In this document: positions 54,813 through 64,000 of the stretch, piece by piece
Layout: every line of letters begins with the position of its first letter
Position numbering within the stretch: position 1 is the stretch's first letter
IMG/VR virus record: IMGVR_UViG_3300042363_000209
Strand: one strand, 5' to 3'
Length of the DNA: 64,000 nt
Source of the DNA: a virus
Lineage: Duplodnaviria > Heunggongvirae > Uroviricota > Caudoviricetes
The notes under the pieces: model-generated
Database searches by the model: none
Told to the model about the DNA's origin: nothing
Seen by the model: only the letters and a program-made list of their open reading frames with translations
Program-made: the position numbers and the translations under genes

Positions 54813-55158
54813 GCCAATCTCAATGTCAGTGAAGGATTATCTAGTCAGGACACTAGCTGTTAAGATGATGGTTTCAGAGAAGACAATTGAGACAGTGGTC
54901 AATCATCAGTTCCAATCAGCCAATGAGGCAATGGACTTAAATGACAGCATAGAAATTTCTGGATTTGGAAAGCTCTTCTTTAACAGGAAGAAGGCAGGAA
55001 AGAAGGTGGAGAAGCTAAATGCTAAAAAGCTAGCTATGGAACGTATTATTAATGATGTTAATACGTCTGAGCAAAAGAGAAAGTCTTCTATTGTCACATT
55101 AGAAAAGACAATAGTGCAGATAAACCAACTTAAACCAAGAACTACATATGAAGATTAA
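54805..55158 (+). CDS. Hypothetical protein (117 aa)
   Basis: ORF coupled. Confidence 0.4.
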   Translation: MDKPISMSVKDYLVRTLAVKMMVSEKTIETVVNHQFQSANEAMDLNDSIEISGFGKLFFNRKKAGKKVEKLNAKKLAMERIINDVNTSEQKRKSSIVTLEKTIVQINQLKPRTTYED

Positions 55159-55447
55159 CTTCTCCCAGATATATGAGGGTTGGAAAAATAACCTTTTCCC
55201 AGCTGAGAATATGAGAACTTACATTAAACAAGTGAGTGATGAAAGAATGGCTATATGTGAGGAGTGTGATCTCATATCAACAAAACATAAAACTGTCAGA
55301 CCTGATGTACATTGCACAAATTGTGGATGTATGTTAATTGCTAAAACAAAATGTTTATCATGTGACTGTCCTCTTAAGAAATGGGAAGCTGTTATAGCCA
55401 ATGTAGAAGAGGAGGAAGCATTAAAAAAAGAAGTTCATGGACAATAA
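55148..55447 (+). CDS. Cys-rich zinc-finger protein (99 aa)
   Basis: CEECD...CTNCGC...CLSCDC. Confidence 0.4.
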   Translation: MKINFSQIYEGWKNNLFPAENMRTYIKQVSDERMAICEECDLISTKHKTVRPDVHCTNCGCMLIAKTKCLSCDCPLKKWEAVIANVEEEEALKKEVHGQ

Positions 55448-55715
55448 GGTAATGCATATTAAGAAGATTCACCTAGATAATTTTATAGAAATCTTAGTAG
55501 ATCTCTATAATAAAGGTGTGGACTATATTGATATTACAGGTGCTCCAGATGATAATCAAGAGAGTGATCAAGATAGGATGGCTGTATCATTTACAAAAGA
55601 CTATATGATGGAAGGAGCTGAAGAAAACTTTAAAAATGTTCCTATACAAGGAATGGATATAAGTGAGCTTCTGAATCAAAAACTGTCTGATAAAGACTTG
55701 AATGATTTAATATGA
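55437..55715 (+). CDS. Hypothetical protein (92 aa)
   Basis: ORF. Confidence 0.35.
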   Translation: MDNKVMHIKKIHLDNFIEILVDLYNKGVDYIDITGAPDDNQESDQDRMAVSFTKDYMMEGAEENFKNVPIQGMDISELLNQKLSDKDLNDLI

Positions 55716-55993
55716 GTAAAAAGAACAACTACGAAAAAGCTCTTTATATACTACAAGAACTACATAAAGACTTTCCTACATACAATTTAGGAAGGCATCT
55801 TGCTACAGCTCTTAGTGATTATGGAGATATATGGGGGATGACAGACAAAGAATTAGTCTTTGCTTTGGAAAAATATAAGACAGAGATTGAAATGGACGTT
55901 CCACATACAGATGAGTCTGAGATTGATAAGATTATAAAAGAAGGTATGGACCTTGATAATATACTAAAAGAAGAAGAAGATGGCGACTATTAA
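55712..55993 (+). CDS. Hypothetical protein (93 aa)
   Basis: ORF. Confidence 0.35.
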   Translation: MSKKNNYEKALYILQELHKDFPTYNLGRHLATALSDYGDIWGMTDKELVFALEKYKTEIEMDVPHTDESEIDKIIKEGMDLDNILKEEEDGDY

Positions 55994-56312
55994 AAAAACT
56001 ACATATATAAACACAGAGCTTGAATGGGCAGAAGCACAGCTTGTTTCCTGGAAAGCTTATGTAAATGCAAACCCACTACATGAATTGAAAGATAGAATTG
56101 AGTGGAAGCCTACAGCTAAAGGAGGAATGTTACCTATGGTAATAGCTAGTATTGAAGCTCAGGGTAAGTTTGTACAGGAGACAATGAAGAACTACCTTGC
56201 TCTAGTAGAAGTGGTAGATAAGCTAAGAAACATGGAAGAAGCTAAGGTGGAAGTGAGAGGAAAGGGTGAGTTGTCAGGAGCTGCTGCTGAGTTTTTAGCA
56301 AATAGAAAATAA
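55980..56312 (+). CDS. Hypothetical protein; terminase small-subunit candidate by position
   Basis: 110-aa ORF immediately upstream of and coupled to the large terminase. No motif. Confidence 0.3.
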   Translation: MATIKKTTYINTELEWAEAQLVSWKAYVNANPLHELKDRIEWKPTAKGGMLPMVIASIEAQGKFVQETMKNYLALVEVVDKLRNMEEAKVEVRGKGELSGAAAEFLANRK

Positions 56313-58354
56313 TGATTGAACTACAAAACATAGATTACAAAGATTGGTTCATAAATCAGAAACGTATTCCTGATAAGGAATCTGCTGAATGTAAACCGTT
56401 CTTTGATTTCCATAGAGAATTATGTTTAAATGGTGCTATGATGGGGGGTGTGTATATCAACCCCTTTTTATATTGGCACCTAAATATATGGCACACTGAG
56501 GTGGATGTCATAGATGATAGAGGAAGAATTGCACAAAAATATGCTAATCCGTTTTTAAGAGATAATGAGTGGCTGGTAACAAACGAAATTGATAGAGCCC
56601 AACAGGAAAAAAAGGGCTTGGTTATTCTAGGTATTAGACGTTTTGCTAAATCCGTTCTTGAAGCATCCTATATTGCATGGGGTGCAACATTTGATGAGAA
56701 CTCCCAGAATATTATTGCTGGTTTGAATGCACCAGATATAAAACTTATTACGGATAAAATAGATAAAGGATTAAACTTTATCCCTGAGTATTGGAGATGG
56801 CAGAGAATTGAGGATAACTGGAAAAACCAGGTCACATTAGGTATTAAAACCAAATCTGGTGAACGTATCCCATTCTCTTCCATTCTGATACGTAACCTTG
56901 ATGAAGGTAATAATGAAGAAGCAATTGCAGGTACAAAACCACGTAAATTAATTATAGATGAGATTGGTAAAGGAAATTTTCTTAGAGGTTTACAGGCGGC
57001 TATACCAGGTTTCACTACACCCTATGGTTGGGGATGTTCTCCAATTCTCACAGGCACTGGTGGTGATATGAAGAAATTTCAGGATGCAAAATCCCTGATG
57101 TTTGACGTAGACAACTTTAATTTCCTTACATATAATAATGCAAAAGATGATAAGCGTATACATGGCTTATTCATCCCAGCTAAATATAGAATGGAAGCTA
57201 AAGAGAAATCTACATTAGGAGCTTTCTTAAATGAGCCTACTGGATCAGACTTATATAACGTTGAAATGTTAGTGGGTGATGAGGAAAGAGCTAAAGAGAT
57301 TACAGAGAAGAACCTAGAAAGACTTAAAAAGGCTGGAGATAGAATTGCTTATTTGAAGGAGAAGATGTACTACCCAATGGAGGTGGATGATATCTTCTTG
57401 AATGAGGATACAAACATCTTTGATATTGAATCAGCTAAGAGACAGAAAACCAGACTGTTACAACAAGAAAGAACAGGAACTCCTGTTACATTGTTCTCTG
57501 GAGAAAATGGTATTGAGCATGAGTTTACAGACAAGCTTCCTATATCTAACTTTCCATTAAAGAACAGTGATACAAAAGATGCTCCTATAGTTATATATGA
57601 ATTCCCTGTAGAAAACCCTCCTTATGGATTGTATGTAGCAGGAGTTGACCCTTATAGACAAGGTAAGTCTGTGTATTCAAGTTCACTTGGTTCTGTATTC
57701 ATATATAAAAGAATGCATGAAATTAGTGGTGAGAAGTATCAAGATATGTTCGTAGCTTCGTATTGTGCAAGACCTGATAAGAAAGAGATTTGGGAAGAAC
57801 AAGCTAGACTTCTTATTAAGTATTACAATGCAAGAACACTGTGTGAGAATGATGATATATCATTTATAGAATATATGAAGGCCAAAGGGGATGCTCACTA
57901 TTTAGAGAAACAACCTGAATGGCTTAAAGAAATTGTTCCAAACACAACAGTTAAAAGAGATTATGGAATTCATCGTTCAAGTGACAAAATAATTGAGTAT
58001 CTTCACACCTGCTTAAAGAAGTATATGGAGTCTGTGATATTCAAAGAAACAAATGAGGCTGGTGATACTATAAGAGAAGTTCTAGGGGTGAGTAAGATAT
58101 TTGATCCTGTATTGCTTGAAGAGATTATACAATACAATGATTCAGGTAACTTTGATAGAATCATTGCTGCAGAGTTAGCCATTGCACAAGCATTAAAGAT
58201 GGACCCTATTATGGGTAAGATTGGTGGAACATCTGATGATAGAGTGAAGGCAATGTTTAGTAAGAAGAAAGGAAACGTACTGTTTACAGAATCAAGAGGT
58301 GGGATGTTTGGAACCTCTCATAATAAATATAAAAGAAATAAATTGTTTACATAA
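56312..58354 (+). CDS. terL: Terminase large subunit
   Basis: ATPase Walker-A-like LVILGIRRFAKSVLE, Walker B KLIIDEIG, and C-terminal RNaseH-like nuclease segment LYVAGVDPYRQGKS. 680 aa. Followed by the portal gene. Confidence 0.7.
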   Translation: MIELQNIDYKDWFINQKRIPDKESAECKPFFDFHRELCLNGAMMGGVYINPFLYWHLNIWHTEVDVIDDRGRIAQKYANPFLRDNEWLVTNEIDRAQQEKKGLVILGIRRFAKSVLEASYIAWGATFDENSQNIIAGLNAPDIKLITDKIDKGLNFIPEYWRWQRIEDNWKNQVTLGIKTKSGERIPFSSILIRNLDEGNNEEAIAGTKPRKLIIDEIGKGNFLRGLQAAIPGFTTPYGWGCSPILTGTGGDMKKFQDAKSLMFDVDNFNFLTYNNAKDDKRIHGLFIPAKYRMEAKEKSTLGAFLNEPTGSDLYNVEMLVGDEERAKEITEKNLERLKKAGDRIAYLKEKMYYPMEVDDIFLNEDTNIFDIESAKRQKTRLLQQERTGTPVTLFSGENGIEHEFTDKLPISNFPLKNSDTKDAPIVIYEFPVENPPYGLYVAGVDPYRQGKSVYSSSLGSVFIYKRMHEISGEKYQDMFVASYCARPDKKEIWEEQARLLIKYYNARTLCENDDISFIEYMKAKGDAHYLEKQPEWLKEIVPNTTVKRDYGIHRSSDKIIEYLHTCLKKYMESVIFKETNEAGDTIREVLGVSKIFDPVLLEEIIQYNDSGNFDRIIAAELAIAQALKMDPIMGKIGGTSDDRVKAMFSKKKGNVLFTESRGGMFGTSHNKYKRNKLFT

Positions 58355-60936
58355 TGGCAATTATAAGATATACAAAAGACGCAACAATTAGGTATGCCTA
58401 TTTAAACATCTTCCCTGATCAGTTTAAAACTGAGAAGGAAAAGATGGATGAGAGTTGGATAAAGAATACAATGGACTACTTTGCAAACAAAGCTTACGCT
58501 GAGTATGTAAAGAACCGTGATACGTTTGTTAAGAACTACGATCTTGTTAAGGGTATTTTAAGACATGAGGATTTTTACCAAGAACCTGAGGTGAGAAGTT
58601 TTACAGATATGCTAACAGCTGATTTACAGCTTCCTGCATATGTAAAACATTATTCTATAATGACAACACCTATTAATGAATTAGTAGGTGAGATTTCTAA
58701 ACGTCCAGATGCTTTCCGTGTGAAGGCATTTGATGATGATAGTAAGTCTGAAGAGCTTGAATTTAAAACAAGTATATTACAAGATTATGTAATTAATCAA
58801 GCTCAGTCTAAAATACAAGAACAAGCTGATTTAAAAGGAGAAGAAATCTCTGACGAAGACTTGCAAAAAATGACAATGGAGGATGTAAAAGATCAACTTG
58901 ATTCTTATACATCTGTTGCAGAGAAGTGGGCTAATCATGTATTAACAGCTCAGAAAGCTGAGTTTATTTTAAAAGAAAAAAGTGAAGATGCGTTTAGAGA
59001 TTTATTAATTTCTTCTAGAGAGTTCTATCATGTATATGAAGATAACTCAAAAGTTGGATTTAATATTGAGGTGGCTAACCCTAAGAATACATTCTTCTTA
59101 ACTACACCAGATAGAAAATATATTTCAGATCCTTCAGGACGTGCACAAGGAGCATATGCTGCTGGTACAGTTATGGTGATGGAACTATCTGAGATTATTG
59201 AAACGTTCCCTGATATCACTAAAGAAGAGATTGATCACTTACGTAGTTCATTACAAGACTATGGTTTGATTAACGTACGTGAATCTAATCTAGGTAATCC
59301 TAATGCTATTCCAGGTATTGATTCAGTACAATATGATACATATGATCCATTAGTGTTACAAACAAGAATGGTAATTGAGTCTGAAATGAAAGAGAACAAT
59401 GATGGCTTACAAGACTTCTTAGGTCTTACATCTAATGTTAGTTCATTTGGTTACAAGTATGTTGTTGTACGTACATATTGGATTTCTAAAAAGAAGATTG
59501 GTAAATTAATTTACTTAGATGAGTTAGGTAATGAGCAATCTTTACTAGTAGATGAAAACTACAAATCTGGAACTATTCCTACACAACAATCGTTAGAGTG
59601 GGGATGGATTAATGAATGGTACCAAGGAGTTAAGATTGGTCCAGACATCTATCATATTAAACCATATAAATTACTTCCTTATTGTCCTATCATTGGATTA
59701 GTACATGAAGTTAAGAATACAGAAGCTAGAAGCTTGGTAGATATGATGAAACCTTTTCAGGTTCTTTATAACGTTTGTATGAATCAATTATACAAGCTGT
59801 TAGAAAAAGAAGTTGGTAAGGTGTATTTAACATCTATTAGACATATTCCTATTCCTAAAGATGGAGATGCTCAAGATGCTCTTGATGTATGGGAAATGGA
59901 AGCACGTAACCGTGGTGTAATGTTTATTGATGACTCTCCAGAAAATTTGAAGAGCCCATCATCATTTAACCAGTTCCGTGATATTGATCTTACACGTACG
60001 CAAGAGATCCAATCTAGATATACACTAGCTCAACAATTAAAGAATGAGTGTTGGGAATTGATAGGTATGTCTAGACAACGTATGGGATCTATTTCAGCTA
60101 GTGAATCAGCTACAGGTACTAACACTGCTATTACACAATCATATTCTCAAACTGAGCCTATATTTGTTGCACATGAATACGTATTAGGTCAGCTTTATCA
60201 AGCTATAATTGATGCATCACTATATGTAGAAGCTAAAAAACCTGAGTCAACTATTTCATATATTACTAACGAAGGAGAATCTGCATTTGTACAAGTGAAT
60301 GGTACAGATCTTAAGTTCCGTGATCTTAAAGTGTATTTAACTAATAGACCAGAAGATCAGAAAATGTTTAATGAAATTAGAGGCTTATCTCAAGCTGTTT
60401 TACAAAACGGTGGTTCATTACATGATATCATTGAGCTTTACAGCACTAACTCTGTACGTCAGATGAAGAAGGTGTTTAAGACACTTAAAGATCGTCAAGA
60501 TCAAATGCAAGATCAACAAATGCAACAAAAGCAACAAGAACTTGAGCAACAGCAACAGCAATCTATGGCAGCTATTGAAAGTGCTAAACAAATGCAAGCT
60601 GAAAAAATAGCTCATGATGATTATCAAAATGCATTAGACAGAATTAATAAGAAAGAAATTGCTATTATTTCTGCTGAATCTAAAGGGGGATTACCAGATA
60701 CAGACATAAATGGAGTTCCTGATGCTTTAGAAGTTGATAAATTAATGCGTGAACAAACAAAAGCTGCTAATGATTATCAATTAAAAATGAACGATATTCA
60801 ATCTAAAAATACATTAGCTTTACAAAAACTTGAAGTAGAAAAAGAAAAGTTAAAAGTATCTAGAGAGAATCAAGCAAATGATTTAGCTATTGCTAAAGAG
60901 AATGCTAAAGGTAGGGCGAACAAGAAAACTAAATAG
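58354..60936 (+). CDS. Putative portal protein (860 aa) with Gln-rich coiled-coil C-terminus
   Basis: Position immediately after terL with a TAATG overlap. Size. No diagnostic motif visible by eye. Confidence 0.45.
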   Translation: MAIIRYTKDATIRYAYLNIFPDQFKTEKEKMDESWIKNTMDYFANKAYAEYVKNRDTFVKNYDLVKGILRHEDFYQEPEVRSFTDMLTADLQLPAYVKHYSIMTTPINELVGEISKRPDAFRVKAFDDDSKSEELEFKTSILQDYVINQAQSKIQEQADLKGEEISDEDLQKMTMEDVKDQLDSYTSVAEKWANHVLTAQKAEFILKEKSEDAFRDLLISSREFYHVYEDNSKVGFNIEVANPKNTFFLTTPDRKYISDPSGRAQGAYAAGTVMVMELSEIIETFPDITKEEIDHLRSSLQDYGLINVRESNLGNPNAIPGIDSVQYDTYDPLVLQTRMVIESEMKENNDGLQDFLGLTSNVSSFGYKYVVVRTYWISKKKIGKLIYLDELGNEQSLLVDENYKSGTIPTQQSLEWGWINEWYQGVKIGPDIYHIKPYKLLPYCPIIGLVHEVKNTEARSLVDMMKPFQVLYNVCMNQLYKLLEKEVGKVYLTSIRHIPIPKDGDAQDALDVWEMEARNRGVMFIDDSPENLKSPSSFNQFRDIDLTRTQEIQSRYTLAQQLKNECWELIGMSRQRMGSISASESATGTNTAITQSYSQTEPIFVAHEYVLGQLYQAIIDASLYVEAKKPESTISYITNEGESAFVQVNGTDLKFRDLKVYLTNRPEDQKMFNEIRGLSQAVLQNGGSLHDIIELYSTNSVRQMKKVFKTLKDRQDQMQDQQMQQKQQELEQQQQQSMAAIESAKQMQAEKIAHDDYQNALDRINKKEIAIISAESKGGLPDTDINGVPDALEVDKLMREQTKAANDYQLKMNDIQSKNTLALQKLEVEKEKLKVSRENQANDLAIAKENAKGRANKKTK

Positions 60937-60938
60937 TT

Positions 60939-61469
60939 ATGTTTGATAAACTGATTGAGATTATATCTAATTGGTGGTTACAACTAACCCCAATAATTAT
61001 AATAAGAGATTACGAGAAAGCTGTATTACTTAGGTTTGGAAAATTTAAAAAAGTTCTTGAACCTGGAATACATTTGAAAATTCCAATGTTTGACGAGGTG
61101 ATTGACCAGCATGTTGTCACTACAACATTAAGTCTTGATGCACAATCTTTGTATACAGCAGATAAACAGAATATTGTTGTGAAAGGATTGATTAAATATA
61201 AGATAGCTGACGTTAAAATATTCTTATTAGAAGTTTGGGATGCTCAAGATGCTATATCAGATATGGCACAAGCTATCATTAAAAATGTCATTATGTCTAT
61301 GACATTAGATGAGTGTACAGATGCTGAAATTGATAACACTCTTACTAAGAAAGTGAGGGTGGAAGCTAAGAAGTGGGGGGTTGAAGTTCAACAAGTTACA
61401 CTCACTGACCTAGCTCCAATAAGAAGCATTAGACTTATAAATGACAACTTTATTAATAAATTAGATTAG
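60939..61469 (+). CDS. SPFH/band-7 (stomatin/prohibitin/HflK-C-like) domain protein
   Basis: IIIIRDYEKAVLLRFGKFKKVLEPGIHLKIPMFDEVIDQHVVTTTLSLD..QSLYTADKQNIVVKGLIKYKI matches the SPFH signature (V.EGERAVV.RFGK..RVL.PGLHF.IPFID.V..VD.R...LD...Q...TKDN..V.VDAVV.YRV). Confidence 0.55.
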   Translation: MFDKLIEIISNWWLQLTPIIIIRDYEKAVLLRFGKFKKVLEPGIHLKIPMFDEVIDQHVVTTTLSLDAQSLYTADKQNIVVKGLIKYKIADVKIFLLEVWDAQDAISDMAQAIIKNVIMSMTLDECTDAEIDNTLTKKVRVEAKKWGVEVQQVTLTDLAPIRSIRLINDNFINKLD

Positions 61470-61589
61470 AGTAAAAAATATTAATGCTATATTATCTTAA
61501 ATAATGATCTATATAGAGCTTCATCTCTTTGATATTAATTTACTATAGTATACTTTTACATTACAAAACCAATTAAAACTCAACTACAT

Positions 61590-62876
61590 ATGGCTGAAAA
61601 TCTAGATAATCCAGGTTTTGGGAACTTTAGTATCCAAGATACAATGGAAATGGGAATGGGCAACGCTGAATTGTTAAACGATTTAATGGGCCCTGATAGT
61701 GCTACATCTAATCCTGATGACATTAAGGATATTAATGACACTCCCCCTCCTGCTCCTGATAAAAAAACTACTTCTGCAAATTCAGGTAAAAAACCTGATG
61801 CAGACAATTCTAGTGATGACACTTCTGATAAAAAACCTGATGAAAAGAAATCTTTAACAGACTTCTTATTAGGTGGAGACGATGAAGAAGATGGTGATGA
61901 TTCAGAAGATACTGATAATCAACCAGTTGCAAAAACTAGTAAACAAGATAGTAAACAAGATGATGCTGATGAAGAGGAAGGAGATGATGCTCCTGAGTCA
62001 ACATTTTCATCTTTATCTAAAGACCTTTTCAAACTGGGTGTATTCACTCAAGGAGAAGATGAAGAAGAAGAACCAATTACAACTCCAGAACAATTCTTAG
62101 AGAAGTTTAATGCTGAGAAAAAGAAAGGAGCTATTGAAGTGGTTGATAACTTCATTGGTCAATTTGGAGAAGATTATCGTAATGCATTTGATGCCATATT
62201 TGTAAAAGGAGTTGATCCTAAAGATTACTTTGGTACATATAACCAAATTCAATCATTTGCTGAAATGGATCTTGCACAAGAAGCAAATCAGGTTTCTGTA
62301 ATTAAACAAGCTTTAGCTGATCAAGGATTTGATCCTGAAGATGTTACATCTGAAGTTGAAAGACTTAAGAACTACGGAGATCTTGAAAGTGTTGCTACAA
62401 AGCATCACAAGGTCTTAGTAAAGAAAGAAGCTGTAAAGCTTCAAAAAATGGAACAAGAGAAAGAAGTACAATTACAACAACAAGCTCAATATAAACAGCA
62501 ATATGCTAATAATGTAACCCAAGTGTTACAAGACAAGCTAAAAGCAAAAGAGTTTGATGGTATTCCTCTTAATCCAAAACTGGCTGGTGAACTACAAGAT
62601 TTCTTAGTAACAGATAAGTACAAGACAAATTCTGGTGAAACATTAACAGACTTTGATCGTACTATTCTAGAACTTAAACGTCCTGAGAATCATGAAAGAA
62701 AAGTGAAAGTTGCTCTTTTACTTAAGATCTTGGAAAAAGATCCTACACTTTCTACGATTCAAAAGAATGGTGTCACCAAAAAGTCAAATGAATTGTTTGG
62801 TGAGGTAGCCAGACAGGTTAGTAAAAGTGCTGTGAAATCTAAACAACCAGTCAAAGCTAACTCATGGTTTCAATAA
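61590..62876 (+). CDS. Acidic, coiled-coil protein; scaffolding protein candidate
   Basis: Asp/Glu-rich N-half and Lys/Glu-rich helical C-half. Lies between the portal/SPFH genes and the capsid gene. Confidence 0.4.
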   Translation: MAENLDNPGFGNFSIQDTMEMGMGNAELLNDLMGPDSATSNPDDIKDINDTPPPAPDKKTTSANSGKKPDADNSSDDTSDKKPDEKKSLTDFLLGGDDEEDGDDSEDTDNQPVAKTSKQDSKQDDADEEEGDDAPESTFSSLSKDLFKLGVFTQGEDEEEEPITTPEQFLEKFNAEKKKGAIEVVDNFIGQFGEDYRNAFDAIFVKGVDPKDYFGTYNQIQSFAEMDLAQEANQVSVIKQALADQGFDPEDVTSEVERLKNYGDLESVATKHHKVLVKKEAVKLQKMEQEKEVQLQQQAQYKQQYANNVTQVLQDKLKAKEFDGIPLNPKLAGELQDFLVTDKYKTNSGETLTDFDRTILELKRPENHERKVKVALLLKILEKDPTLSTIQKNGVTKKSNELFGEVARQVSKSAVKSKQPVKANSWFQ

Positions 62877-62913
62877 ACAATTTCAATAAACATTAATTAA
62901 AAAAATAAAAAAA

Positions 62914-64000
62914 TGGCAATTCAAACAATTCCAGGTTTAACTGGTTTTACTTACGCAAGAGTAGCTTCTATGGACAAGCGTGCTGTAGGTAAATTAACAG
63001 ATGCTAACCACTTGGAAAGCTTTCACTCTACAGAGCCAGCAGATTATGATAAGAAAATTATCAGTTTGTATACTCAAAGCTCTCTTTACAGTAATGACTT
63101 CTTGGACATGATTAACAAGAGCACTCCTTACTATATTGACAACAACAGTGATGCTTGGAAGTGGCAGGTACAAGTTCCATACAAGTTCCCTAAAATCATT
63201 GACATTCCAACAAGTACTTTAGAGCTGAGCAAGCCAGGTATTGATGGTCAAGAATTCCAATTAGTAATTGATACTAATGAGTTCTCTAAGAATGCAATTG
63301 TATCTGTAGGTACTCGTCAGTATGGTCCTCGTTTCTATGTAATCAAAGATCCAGTAAACTGGAACATGGGTTACTTATACACTTTCACTTTAGTTACAGA
63401 CAATCCAACTGTAGATTTCGTTAGTCCTAACTTCTTAAGAGTTGGTATTGAATTGGAATTAGTTGATGCTGCAATTGGTGAATTTGACCAAGACTTATTA
63501 GGTCTTCCTCGTTTAGGTGAGCAAATCACAATGTTTGAATCTTTAGGTTCTGCATATGGTTATGAGCACAAAATCACTGAGTGGGCTGATGATAAGATGA
63601 TGGTTGATGCTTCTGGTAAAGCTTTAGACATTTTAGTATATGCTCCTCAAAGACGTAACCAATTACCTTTAACTCGTAATGATGTTAAGTGGGAACCATT
63701 TATTGAGTTCTGGATGCGTAAGTCTATGTTAGAATTAAAAGTTAAGCGTATGATCTGGGCTCGTCCTGGAACTGTGAAGACTAATGGTTCTAAGCAAGAA
63801 TTAAAGCGTACTTCTGCTGGTGTATATCACAGAATGCGTAACAATGGTAACTTAGTACAATACAATCGTGGTGAGTTTACAGCTAACTTGATTCGTTCTG
63901 TATTTGGTGACTTATTCTACAGACGTGTGGATGTTAAAGACAGACGTGTTAAAATGTACACTAATGAAGCTGGCTTTGACGTATTCCAACAAGCTTTAAA
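62914..64000 (+). CDS. Probable major capsid protein, 3'-partial (open to the end of the window)
   Basis: ATG at 62914 (MAIQTIPGLTGFTYARVASMDKRAV...) stays open for 362 codons to the window edge. Position after the scaffold-like gene. Absent from the ORF track because there is no stop in the window. Confidence 0.45.

Noticed and set aside
61580-61822. 80-aa minus-strand ORF overlapping the start of the scaffold-like gene
   Set aside because: It is antisense to an Asp/Glu-rich coding region and the only minus-strand ORF within a long, uniformly plus-strand morphogenesis operon.

Overview
The window is an AT-rich stretch of a tailed dsDNA phage genome (Caudoviricetes-like), with close-packed genes, many small ORFs and no obvious Shine-Dalgarno dependence. 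Main blocks (strand in parentheses):
- **<1..5868 (+):** the 3' part of a gene encoding a >1,950-aa collagen-like tail fiber. It has Gly-X-Y tracts, a Cys-rich glycine beta-roll repeat region and a C-terminal intramolecular-chaperone (S74-like) domain.
- **6302..12288 (-):** a five-gene sugar/sulfate decoration cluster. It comprises a sulfotransferase, a GT9-like glycosyltransferase, a 128-aa HxGH cytidylyl/adenylyl-transferase, an APS-kinase-like P-loop kinase, and a 1165-aa multidomain methyltransferase plus several glycosyltransferase domains.
- **12327..21273 (+):** a rightward block with a lysis cassette (GH19 endolysin, two TM proteins, a lipoprotein), small proteins, and a tandem array of seven paralogous Lys-rich proteins that all begin MAT(V/A)KK.
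- **21420..53493 (-):** a long leftward replication/nucleotide-metabolism block. It contains:
  - a GT31/fringe-like glycosyltransferase and a GroES-like co-chaperonin;
  - dUTPase and a class-II-type ribonucleotide reductase;
  - RecA/UvsX-like recombinase, uracil-DNA glycosylase and HNH endonucleases;
  - a GHKL/Hsp90-like ATPase;
  - family-B DNA polymerase, an SF2 helicase and a DnaB-like helicase;
  - a ParB-like protein.
- **48000..48410 (-):** a phage-encoded tmRNA (ssrA) whose tag ORF ends ...SELALAA-UAG.
- **53494..54449:** a ~950-bp non-coding divergent control region dense with direct and inverted repeats.
- **54450..64000 (+):** a rightward morphogenesis block. It contains small early proteins, terminase large subunit, a putative portal, an SPFH/band-7 protein, an acidic scaffold-like protein and the start of a probable major capsid gene.

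The most interesting candidate system is the glycosylation/sulfation/methylation module next to the Ser/Thr-rich collagen-like fiber.
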